A stretch of 48,788 nucleotides of DNA from Candidatus Micrarchaeota archaeon. GTDB lineage: Archaea > Micrarchaeota > Micrarchaeia > Micrarchaeales > CABMGC01. This document shows positions 8,469 through 16,614 of this stretch, piece after piece (within the stretch, counting starts at the first letter, position 1; every line of letters starts with the position of its first letter). The position numbers and the translations under genes were made by a program. The notes beneath the pieces are model-generated. The model was not told the origin of the DNA. It made no database searches and worked only from the letters and a program-made list of their open reading frames with translations. The stretch spans positions 1 to 48,788 of the forward strand of contig JAWDMK010000003.1 in assembly GCA_046536675.1 (NCBI GenBank). The letters are read 5' to 3'.

Positions 8469-9226
8469 TGAGATTCGCTCTCCATTTTTTTAAGTTCAAC
8501 AAAACCTTGGGTTATCTCCTTTCTTAAAATCTCCTCCGCTTTCTTTATCTTCGACTCTGCTGAATGGTAATCTATATCTTCTGCAGATAGTTTATAATGC
8601 GGTGCACCAAGATATAAAACCTCTACCCCTAGCACCTTTACTTTGCTCAATGCAGCTTTGATAATATCTATACCTCTCTCTGTATCGTAATCTTCTATCT
8701 CCGCAATGTAATTGACTCTATACCTCCTTGGCCTAATGTTCTTTCTTACTATCTCAATAAACTTGTTTTTGAACTCGGGATCTATTGTTCCTATATCCTC
8801 TCCGCTTATTATCGCTTCTATAACGTCAGAATAATTCTGGAACTTCTGCGCAAGCGCAGCCTTTATCTCTTCTTTTTTATTTTCCCTTTTTGACTCGCCA
8901 AGAGCCTGTTCAAAAAGTTTTTCAGACCTTTTCTCAAGATTGTATTGACTTATCTTATCCTTTTCTTCTTTTTTGCTCACTTTTTTGAGTGATAAATCAA
9001 TTGCTTTTTTCTCAGGATCAACAAATACAACTTTTGCAACACGTTGCTGTCCTTCTTTTATGAATTCGTGTATATTTTTAATCCAACCGGGTGCAACCTC
9101 TTTTATAGGAAGGTATGCATCTAAATTATATTCTACTAAATCACAGTATGCTCCGAAAGGCATTATCTTCTTTATTCTAACGATAACTAGCTCGCCATTT
9201 TCAGGAAGCTTCTTTGGATATATCAT
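8465..9226 (-). CDS. eif2a: Translation initiation factor aIF2 alpha
   Basis: S1 domain PENGELVI...FGAYCDL-EY...IDLSLKKV and YLGAPHY. Confidence 0.95.
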   Translation of the reverse strand: MIYPKKLPENGELVIVRIKKIMPFGAYCDLVEYNLDAYLPIKEVAPGWIKNIHEFIKEGQQRVAKVVFVDPEKKAIDLSLKKVSKKEEKDKISQYNLEKRSEKLFEQALGESKRENKKEEIKAALAQKFQNYSDVIEAIISGEDIGTIDPEFKNKFIEIVRKNIRPRRYRVNYIAEIEDYDTERGIDIIKAALSKVKVLGVEVLYLGAPHYKLSAEDIDYHSAESKIKKAEEILRKEITQGFVELKKMESESQ

Positions 9227-9230
9227 TTGA

Positions 9231-9515
9231 TCAACGCTTTATTTCAAGCTTCTTTTTTGTTCTGCCTCCACCAAGCACACGTTCTACAGACTTATTGCAT
9301 ACAGTACATGTAAGTATGACCTTCTGCTTTTTACCCAGTTTTTTGGTGTGAGGCTTTGGCTCTACACTACCTACATGTCCTCTTATTGCTCTTTCGTGCC
9401 TTCTCCTACCTACATTAAGCCATCTCTCTGGTTTTTTTGAATAAAGCTTTACCGTGTGCATTGTGTGCTTTCTACAATATGGGCAGTAAGCCATTATTTC
9501 TTTTGGAATTTTCAT
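9231..9515 (-). CDS. rpl44e: 50S ribosomal protein L44e (eL42)
   Basis: MKIPK..YCPYCRKHT-H...CTVC zinc ribbon. Confidence 0.95.
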   Translation of the reverse strand: MKIPKEIMAYCPYCRKHTMHTVKLYSKKPERWLNVGRRRHERAIRGHVGSVEPKPHTKKLGKKQKVILTCTVCNKSVERVLGGGRTKKKLEIKR

Positions 9516-9533
9516 AATCTCACTTCTTGCTTG

Positions 9534-10016
9534 CTAAACCAATTCTCCTATCTTGTTTTGAAGTATATATTCAATTTCTTTGTTGTCGTCTATTTCTATT
9601 ATTTGATCTTTTGAGAAAGGACCTATCTTATTACCCTCTGGTGTTATTATTTCTGGTATGTCTAAGTTTATCTTTATTCTTTTTGCCTGCACAACTTTTG
9701 CTTCTTCATTCATTATTGCTTTTATTTTCTTAAACAAATCTTCCTCAGACTTTGGTATAGGCTGAGGTAATTGTTTATTATAAGCAAGATATATTAAAAC
9801 CTTTTGTGTGCGCTTTTCCTTAAGCTGCTTTACTAGCTTTGTAAAGTTTTCCAGATACTGCTTGCTTTCCATGCTTGGATTATTCTTTAGATTTTCTATT
9901 TCCTTATCTATCTGCTCGTAGAAATCTACAGGTAATGGTAACAATTCGCCTGTCTTCCTTTCGGCTTGAAGCTTGCTGAAAATTACTTCTGGTGTTATTT
10001 CCTCCATTTTTCTCAT
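9534..10016 (-). CDS. GINS complex subunit (Gins51/Gins15)
   Basis: ER-TGELLPLPVDFY, KRTQK, EEDLF, C-terminal B domain GPFSKDQII; conserved position upstream of rpl44e. Confidence 0.8.
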   Translation of the reverse strand: MRKMEEITPEVIFSKLQAERKTGELLPLPVDFYEQIDKEIENLKNNPSMESKQYLENFTKLVKQLKEKRTQKVLIYLAYNKQLPQPIPKSEEDLFKKIKAIMNEEAKVVQAKRIKINLDIPEIITPEGNKIGPFSKDQIIEIDDNKEIEYILQNKIGELV

Positions 10017-10053
10017 TAATTTTATTTATAAAAAAATATAAAAAGAAGTCAAT

Positions 10054-10167
10054 AGACCCCATACTTCCACTAATCTCTTTAGTTTTACTTTATTATAAAT
10101 TACCTTATTAATATAACTTAGTTATCAATAACAACAGTTGAGTTTGAAAATAGCGGAAGTAAGGTCT
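10054..10167. other. Imperfect ORB-like inverted repeat flanking an AT-rich core (candidate replication origin)
   Basis: GAGATTAGTGGAAGTATGGGGTCT (minus, 10077-10054) vs GAAAATAGCGGAAGTAAGGTCT (plus, 10146-10167), separated by about 70 bp of very AT-rich DNA. Confidence 0.35.
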
Positions 10168-10173
10168 CTTAAT

Positions 10174-10248
10174 TAGCGAGGGATGGATTTGAACCATCGT
10201 TCTCCGGGTTATGAGCCCGGCGGGCACTCCAGACTACCCTACCTCGCT
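10174..10248 (-). tRNA. Initiator tRNA-Met(CAU)
   Basis: AGCGAGG/CCTCGCT acceptor with A1-U72, anticodon arm CCGGG-CTCATAA-CCCGG with three G-C pairs, T arm GATGG-TTCAAAT-CCATC. Confidence 0.96.
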
Positions 10249-10254
10249 ATAAAA

Positions 10255-10998
10255 TCAATGAGCAACAGTATTTCCTTTTTCTATAAGTCGTTGAGCATCT
10301 TCTTTGCTTATTCTTACCAGATTTCCACCACAGTCGCACTTAAACTTCATCTCAACCGCAGTGTCAAAAGGGAAGAGAACCCTGCTCTTTTCAAAGCACG
10401 TATCGCAAATGAAGAAATCATTGCAATCATCAGGCAACTTGTATTTGGCCGATTTGCTACTTTCTGAAATAGTTCTTTTTACCTTTTCTATATTGTTTGC
10501 GTTGATATACCATTTGAAGGTCAGCCAACCGTTCTTATCCTTCAAAGTATCATACTTTGTTATGCCATAGGTATTAAGGGTATTAAGGATCCTTCTCACT
10601 TCATTTATCTTTATGTCTAGCTTGCTTGCAAGCTCTTCGTCGCTTAAAGGTTCGTTAAGGGTAGATAGTATGTCTATCGCTTTTCTTCCAACATTCTTTA
10701 TTATATAATCAGAGAAATCCTTATTATTTATCATCTCATCAATAAACTTTACAGTCTCTACAGTGTTTTTTGCAACCTGCTCCTTTAATCTGTTTACTTT
10801 TTGTAGCTTTTTTGTGTTTTTTATGCTTTTGTTTGCTTTTTTAATCTGCATATGTCTAGCTTTTGAAGCTAGTTTGGCCTTCGCCACCTTCTTCTTAGCT
10901 ACTTTTGTAGGCCTGGTAAGCTTAGCGGTTTTACCTATCTTGCCCTTATTTTTTGCTTGGATTTTCACTTTTGGAACTTGCTTATAATAACCAGCCAT
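10255..10998 (-). CDS. tfe: Transcription factor E (TFE alpha) with Lys-rich N-terminal extension
   Basis: wHTH LSDEELASKLDIKINEVRRILNTL...DKNGWLTFKW and Zn ribbon CDTC...A-EMKFKCDCGGNL. ATG 10998 preceded by GGTGA SD. Confidence 0.9.
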   Translation of the reverse strand: MAGYYKQVPKVKIQAKNKGKIGKTAKLTRPTKVAKKKVAKAKLASKARHMQIKKANKSIKNTKKLQKVNRLKEQVAKNTVETVKFIDEMINNKDFSDYIIKNVGRKAIDILSTLNEPLSDEELASKLDIKINEVRRILNTLNTYGITKYDTLKDKNGWLTFKWYINANNIEKVKRTISESSKSAKYKLPDDCNDFFICDTCFEKSRVLFPFDTAVEMKFKCDCGGNLVRISKEDAQRLIEKGNTVAH

Positions 10999-11114
10999 AA
11001 GCATCACCATCAATAAATTTATGCACAATTTAATATAAATATATTCCTATTTACAGAGTAAAATAAAGAAAAATAAACAGAAAAAACATTTCTTAATTCT
11101 TTTTTTGTTCAAAA

Positions 11115-11189
11115 CGGGCCCGAGGGGATTTGAACCCCTGACTTACTGGTTAAGAGCCAGTCACTCTGACCAAGCTGAGTTACGGGCCC
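11115..11189 (-). tRNA. tRNA-Lys(CUU)
   Basis: GGGCCCG acceptor, ACTGG-CTCTTAA-CCAGT anticodon arm, AGGGG-TTCAAAT-CCCCT T arm. Confidence 0.96.
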
Positions 11190-11218
11190 AAGTGTTATTT
11201 TTATTGCTTAAGCTTATA

Positions 11219-12352
11219 TTAATTACTTCTTACTTTTATATCTAACTTTTTAATCGATTTAAGTATCTTTTCCTTATTTCTTCTGTCAGACGCAATTATT
11301 AACTCCTTCCTCTCCTTCTCTAAGCTCTTTATAATAGGGGAGAGATCTTCAATATTCCCCAGCTTCTTTTTATCTCTATTCAAAATTGGTATCTTTTCTG
11401 TTAAAAACCTTATCTTATCTTTAGACACAATAAATTCATCTTCCCTTAAGCCTGAATATTTGATTATTGCACTTTCAATCTCATTTATCTCTGGTGCAGC
11501 CTCTATGCTTCCAACAAATACCCTTTTGAATAGCTTTCTTTCGAGCAATCTGGCAATAAGTTTGTTTGATACTTTTGAATTTGCGAGCTTTGTTATAAGT
11601 TCAAAATCCCTCATAGAAGGATACTCTTTAATATCAAGCTCCTCATTTTCAATTGCAAGCCTTACCGCTTTTTCAAGCATACTGTTTGCTATAACAACAG
11701 CATGGTGGTGATAAACGGTGGTTGACATAAAATACCTTGCTAGAAGGAGTGATTCTGCAGGATGCAGGCCTTGCTCATATACCGCTAGGCGATCTTTATA
11801 AAGTACCATTTTGCTCTTTATCTGTTGATAATCTATAATACCATAGGTTGTGCCAGTATAATATGCATCTCTTAAAAGATAATCAAGCCTGTCCGAGCCA
11901 AGCGAAGCGGTTACTATCTCACCATTTAGTTTTCCTGAGAGCTTTTTAATTATATTTTCTACGTCTAAGCCGTTGTCCTCTAGTACTTCTCTTATCTCTC
12001 CTTTAGTTATTAGCCTTTTGCCAATCTCTTCGTGATTTGTATGTAAATATTTTTTAAGTATAGGATCAGAGGTGTGTGAAAAAGGGCCATGACCTATATC
12101 ATGAAGTAAGCCAGCAACCGCAAGCATCTCAACTTCTTCCTCTTCAAGACCCATTTCTTTAGCTATCTCTTTAGTAATGTGCATTGTGCCGAGAGAGTGT
12201 TCAAATCTCGAATGCGTAGCCCCAGGATAGACAAGATAAGCCAGACCTGTTTGCCTCACGTATCTGAGTCTTTGCATCTCTGGCGTATCAAGGAGCATCG
12301 ACTCTGCAGGAGTGAGTTCTATATTGCCAAATATTGCATCTTTTATGAACAC
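11219..12352 (-). CDS. HD-domain phosphohydrolase (SAMHD1/dNTP triphosphohydrolase-like)
   Basis: QRLRYVRQ-G, YPGATHSRFEHSLG, LLHDIGHGPFSH, DRLDYLLRD, VYHH. Confidence 0.9.
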   Translation of the reverse strand: MFIKDAIFGNIELTPAESMLLDTPEMQRLRYVRQTGLAYLVYPGATHSRFEHSLGTMHITKEIAKEMGLEEEEVEMLAVAGLLHDIGHGPFSHTSDPILKKYLHTNHEEIGKRLITKGEIREVLEDNGLDVENIIKKLSGKLNGEIVTASLGSDRLDYLLRDAYYTGTTYGIIDYQQIKSKMVLYKDRLAVYEQGLHPAESLLLARYFMSTTVYHHHAVVIANSMLEKAVRLAIENEELDIKEYPSMRDFELITKLANSKVSNKLIARLLERKLFKRVFVGSIEAAPEINEIESAIIKYSGLREDEFIVSKDKIRFLTEKIPILNRDKKKLGNIEDLSPIIKSLEKERKELIIASDRRNKEKILKSIKKLDIKVRSN

Positions 12353-13678
12353 CTACTCACAACTTTTTATGAAGTTTTTAATCATAATATCGAACTTCTT
12401 TCCTATTGGCGAAAGCTCATAACTCACATGCACAATGGGCTTGTTCACCTTTATTATCCTGTTCAAATCAGTTGGCGTGGCAGATACTACAACATCACAT
12501 TTTGCGTTGTTAATGACTTGCTTCAATTCATCTATTTGCTTTTTGCTATAGCCAAGTGCAGGCAGTATCTTCTTAATATTGTATTTTTTGTAGGCCTCTT
12601 TTATTGTACCTACTGCATATTTTTCTGCATCTATAATCTCCTTTGCCCCATAATTCTTAGCAGCGACTGTCGCAGCTCCAAATTTCATATTACCATGTGT
12701 TACAGTGGGTCCGTCTTCTATAACGAGGACCCTTTTACCTCTAATCTTCTCTTCATCTGCACTTATGACAGAGTTAGCAAAAATAATCTTTGCCCTGCTA
12801 TTTATCTCTCTAAGATTCTTCACCAATCTTTCTATTTCAAGCTTTGTTGCAGAGTTTATTTTGTTTATGAGTAGTATGTCAGCCATTCTGGCAACAGTCT
12901 CACCAGGATAGTAATTTAATTCGTTCCCAGCACGAAGAGGATCCGCTACAGTTATCATCAAGTCAGGTTTTATAAACGGCGCATCATTATTTCCACCATC
13001 CCATATAATAATATCTGCCTCTTTTTCTGCGCTTCTTAGTATTTTTTCATAATCTACGCCAGAATAAACAATTGTGCCTTCCTTTATGTGTGGTTCATAG
13101 TCTTCCCTTTCTTCTATTGTGCATTTTTGCAAATCAAGGTCTTTTAAATTTTCAAATCTCTGCACAGCCTGCTTGGCAAGATCACCATATGGCATAGGGT
13201 GCCTTATCACCACTGGTTTCTTCCCGTATTGTTTAATTAGCCTAGCAATATAGCGTGATGTTTGGCTCTTCCCAGAGCCTGTTCTAACAGCACATACCGC
13301 TATTACGGGCTTTTTTGACTTGAGCATTGTTCTCTCCGGTGCAATCAACCAAAAGTCAGCACCATGTGCATTAGCTATGCTTGCTTTATGCATAACCTCT
13401 TGATATGGTAAATCACTGTATGCCTGCACACAAATATCTGCTTTATACTTATCAATAAGTGTGCCGAGCAGCGATTCATCATAAATTTTTATACCTTCTT
13501 TATACTGCTCTCCGGCAAGCTCGCGGGGATATTTTCTATTAGATATAAATGGTATTTGATTTGCTGTGAATGCAACAACCTCATATGCTCTATTCCCTCT
13601 AAAAAGAACATTGAAGTCATGAAAGTCTCTTCCTGCGGCGCCAAGTATAATTACTTTCTTTCTGTTTGCCTTATCCAT
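12353..13678 (-). CDS. arcE: Arginine synthetase ArcE-like P-loop enzyme (cDPGS-related, COG2403)
   Basis: GAAGRDFH-FN, VVAFTA-QIP, AVRTGSGKSQTSR, RHPMPYGDL, CTIEEREDYEP, WDGGNND, EDGPT-THG, matching the Thermococcus ArcE pattern as recalled. Confidence 0.8.
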   Translation of the reverse strand: MDKANRKKVIILGAAGRDFHDFNVLFRGNRAYEVVAFTANQIPFISNRKYPRELAGEQYKEGIKIYDESLLGTLIDKYKADICVQAYSDLPYQEVMHKASIANAHGADFWLIAPERTMLKSKKPVIAVCAVRTGSGKSQTSRYIARLIKQYGKKPVVIRHPMPYGDLAKQAVQRFENLKDLDLQKCTIEEREDYEPHIKEGTIVYSGVDYEKILRSAEKEADIIIWDGGNNDAPFIKPDLMITVADPLRAGNELNYYPGETVARMADILLINKINSATKLEIERLVKNLREINSRAKIIFANSVISADEEKIRGKRVLVIEDGPTVTHGNMKFGAATVAAKNYGAKEIIDAEKYAVGTIKEAYKKYNIKKILPALGYSKKQIDELKQVINNAKCDVVVSATPTDLNRIIKVNKPIVHVSYELSPIGKKFDIMIKNFIKSCE

Positions 13679-13713
13679 TCCACCACAAATAATACTTGAA
13701 ATTAAAAATATAA

Positions 13714-14376
13714 TTAGCTTAAACCAAACTTTGCGCGCGCTTCTTCTTTTACCTTTGATATCTCCATAAAGTCATTCATTATTGATTGATTGTAAAGTGC
13801 TTCTACTTCTATGATCCCACTAAACAACTGATGCACAGCATCCTTGTAGGTTCTGTGTTCACGAGTATCTATAACTATTGTAACATTCCTGAATGCCAAG
13901 TTATTTTTGATATCATTTAATTGAAGGGCGATGTGCTTTCTTTTTGGATTATTATATATCTTTTTCACGATTTTGAGCCATTCAGAACTTATCTCCTCCT
14001 TGCTAAGCCCAAACCAGTAATGAAGCACCATCCAGTATACTTTGAAGAATCTTACGCTATCAGTTACTACAAATATCTTGTTGTTTGGTGAAAGGTCAAT
14101 GTAATCTTTCGCAAATAGGATATTTTCTCCAGTCGTACGTGACCTATCTTCGATCTTTACCTGCACATTATCCCCTAGAAGAGGTTTTAGGTACTCTGCC
14201 ATTGTTCCTGCCTCTGATTTTTCAGGGAACTTGAGGTTTGTATGACCACCGCAAAGTACGACAACGTCTATCTTTTTCTTCTTGGTAAAGGCTAGAAACC
14301 TATCAAGGTATCCTCTGTATTTCTTCATTGAAGGGTCAAAAAGGCCGAAACCAAATAATGTCGCATAATTTGTCAC
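13714..14376 (-). CDS. DUF218 (YdcF/ElyC-like) protein
   Basis: VVLCGG-T, SEA-TM, EDRSRTTGENI, VVTD motifs. GTG 14376 follows a GGTGGTGA SD. Confidence 0.75.
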   Translation of the reverse strand: MTNYATLFGFGLFDPSMKKYRGYLDRFLAFTKKKKIDVVVLCGGHTNLKFPEKSEAGTMAEYLKPLLGDNVQVKIEDRSRTTGENILFAKDYIDLSPNNKIFVVTDSVRFFKVYWMVLHYWFGLSKEEISSEWLKIVKKIYNNPKRKHIALQLNDIKNNLAFRNVTIVIDTREHRTYKDAVHQLFSGIIEVEALYNQSIMNDFMEISKVKEEARAKFGLS

Positions 14377-14451
14377 GAAATCACCACCTAATACTGATTG
14401 TAAAAGCAATCATTTACTATTACAAACTTACAAACAAAATATATATAATTA

Positions 14452-14619
14452 GATACTTTATCAGATTAATATCCACTTTTGTTGAATAGGGTAACCGAAT
14501 CAAATAATAACCAATATGGACTATTGCTACAAAGAAAGCCAAATTAGGTATATATAAGGCATAGCTATATGCAATATGCATAATCTTTTTATACAGCCTT
14601 TTTTCGTCGATAAAGTATC
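14452..14619. promoter_or_regulatory. Two copies of the dyad GATA-n3-TATC (11-bp inverted repeat) in the divergent DUF218/gyrB promoter region
   Basis: GATACTTTATC at 14452-14462 and GATAAAGTATC at 14609-14619, each upstream of a TATA-like box. Confidence 0.35.
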
Positions 14620-14688
14620 CTCAAAAGGTTTAAAAGGTTTGAATTCTAAATAAATCTAACGGCCAGTGTAGCCAATTAGCTGATCTTT

Positions 14689-16605
14689 ATGGCGAATGCT
14701 GAAGAGGAATATAATGCATCAAAGATAGTGGTATTAGAAGGCGTGCAAGGAGTTCGAAAAAGGCCAGCAATGTATATAGGTTCTACAGGTTCAAGCGGGG
14801 TTTTACATTTGCTTTTTGAGCTTATAGACAACGCGGTTGATGAAGCAATGGCTGGCTACTGTAAGAACATTACAGTGCACCTTATGCAAGATGAAACGGG
14901 CGATATAGCTGAAGTGATAGACGATGGTAGGGGCATACCTATTGATATTATTCCAAAGTATAACAAAAGTGCACTAGAGGTGGTAATGACATCGCTCCAC
15001 TCTGGCGCAAAGTTTTCAAACGAGGTTTACAAAACAGCAGGCGGATTACATGGCGTTGGACTTACTGTAGTAAATGCACTCTCTGAATTTGTAGAAGTTA
15101 GAATAAGAAGGAGCGGCAAAGAGTATATGCAAACTTTTAGCAGGGGCGTTCCCACCTCAGAGCTTAAAGAGATAGGTCCTGCGACAAATACGGGCACAGC
15201 GATAAAATTTAAGCCAGATAAGGAGATTTTCCCGTCGCCAACCTTCGATTCTACAGCACTTAAAGAAAGACTTAAATACACGAGTTTTCTTAATCCTGGG
15301 CTAAGAATCTTCTTCATAGATGATAGATTTGGCACGCACGAAGAAGAAACCTATTATTCAGAGAATGGATTGTTAGACTTCTTGAAAGAACTAAACAAAG
15401 GAATAACTACAATAACAAGTCCAATATATTTCAAAAAAACCGTTGAGCAGAATATAATGGAGTTTGCAATGCAATACAACAACAGCTATGATGAAAAACT
15501 AGAATCTTTTGTAAATAGCGTAAAAACAGAAGAAGGAGGAACTCACGTAATAGGCTTTAGGGCAGCGTTGACAAGGGCGATAACAAATTATATAGAAAAG
15601 AACAAAATGCTGAACGGAAAAAAAGAGATTAAGATAAACGGTGACGATGTAAGGGAAGGTCTTACTGCGATAGTAAGCATAAGAATACCAAACCCTGAAT
15701 TTGAGGGCCAGACAAAAGAAAAGCTCGGCAATACTAAGATAAAAAGTATCGTAGAGACAGCATTCTATTCGCTTTTTTCTCAATACCTTGAAGAGCACCC
15801 TATCGATGCGCGGGCAATAGCAGAGAAGGCAATAAATGCGGCTGTAGCTAGGGAGAGTGCAAGAAAAGCTAGGGAGCTTGTTAGAAAGAAGAGTATATTT
15901 GATGGCTCTGTACTCCCGGGCAAGCTTGCCGATTGTATAAGTGCAGATCCAGAGAAGAGTGAGATCTTCATAGTTGAGGGTGAAAGTGCAGGTGGTTCAA
16001 GCAAACAAGGCAGAGACAAGATGACACAGGCGGTATTACCTTTAAGAGGAAAGATTCTTAATGTTGAAAAAGCGACAGATGAAAAAATATTTGAAAATGC
16101 AGAACTTCATGCAATGGTTGCCGCTTTTGGCACCGGAATAAAAGACACATTCAATGTTGAAAATATAAGGTATAAAAAGATAATAATAATGACTGATGCG
16201 GATGTAGATGGCAGTCATATAAGAACGTTGCTTCTGACCTTCTTTTACAGATATCTAAGAAAGATTATAGAATTGGGTTATGTCTATATAGCACAGCCTC
16301 CTCTTTATAAGGTATCAAAAGGAAAGGAGGTTTATTATTGCTATTCGGATGCTGAACTTAATGAAAAGCTAAAAGAATTGGGAAGTGATGCAAATGTGCA
16401 AAGATACAAAGGTCTCGGAGAGATGAATCCGGAGCAGCTCTGGGAGACAACAATGAATCCTGAGAAGAGAATGCTTAAAAAGGTATATATAGCAGACGCA
16501 GAGAGGGCAGATAAGCTCTTTTCAATATTGATGGGGATGGACGTAAGTGAGAGAAGAAAATTCTTAGAAGAGCATGCGAGTGAGGTTGCATTCCTAGATG
16601 TGTAA
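14689..16605 (+). CDS. gyrB: DNA gyrase subunit B
   Basis: VRKRPAMYIG, ELIDNAVDE, DDGRGIP, GGLHGVG, VEGESAGG, PLRGKILN, DADVDG, QRYKGLGEMNPEQLW. Confidence 0.97.
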   Translation: MANAEEEYNASKIVVLEGVQGVRKRPAMYIGSTGSSGVLHLLFELIDNAVDEAMAGYCKNITVHLMQDETGDIAEVIDDGRGIPIDIIPKYNKSALEVVMTSLHSGAKFSNEVYKTAGGLHGVGLTVVNALSEFVEVRIRRSGKEYMQTFSRGVPTSELKEIGPATNTGTAIKFKPDKEIFPSPTFDSTALKERLKYTSFLNPGLRIFFIDDRFGTHEEETYYSENGLLDFLKELNKGITTITSPIYFKKTVEQNIMEFAMQYNNSYDEKLESFVNSVKTEEGGTHVIGFRAALTRAITNYIEKNKMLNGKKEIKINGDDVREGLTAIVSIRIPNPEFEGQTKEKLGNTKIKSIVETAFYSLFSQYLEEHPIDARAIAEKAINAAVARESARKARELVRKKSIFDGSVLPGKLADCISADPEKSEIFIVEGESAGGSSKQGRDKMTQAVLPLRGKILNVEKATDEKIFENAELHAMVAAFGTGIKDTFNVENIRYKKIIIMTDADVDGSHIRTLLLTFFYRYLRKIIELGYVYIAQPPLYKVSKGKEVYYCYSDAELNEKLKELGSDANVQRYKGLGEMNPEQLWETTMNPEKRMLKKVYIADAERADKLFSILMGMDVSERRKFLEEHASEVAFLDV

Positions 16606-16614
16606 GGTGTATAG

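Noticed and set aside
10183-10467. 94-aa plus-strand ORF (MDLNHRSPGYEPG...)
   Set aside because: Antisense reading of tRNA-iMet and the tfe 3' end; a typical tRNA shadow ORF
12179-12874. 231-aa plus-strand ORF and the many other antisense ORFs in the track
   Set aside because: Fully antisense to well-supported genes, with atypical composition and no motifs
14661-14684. tRNA-like 5' fragment GGCCAGTGTAGCCAATTAGCTG before gyrB
   Set aside because: No D-loop GG, anticodon arm, T arm or split-tRNA leader
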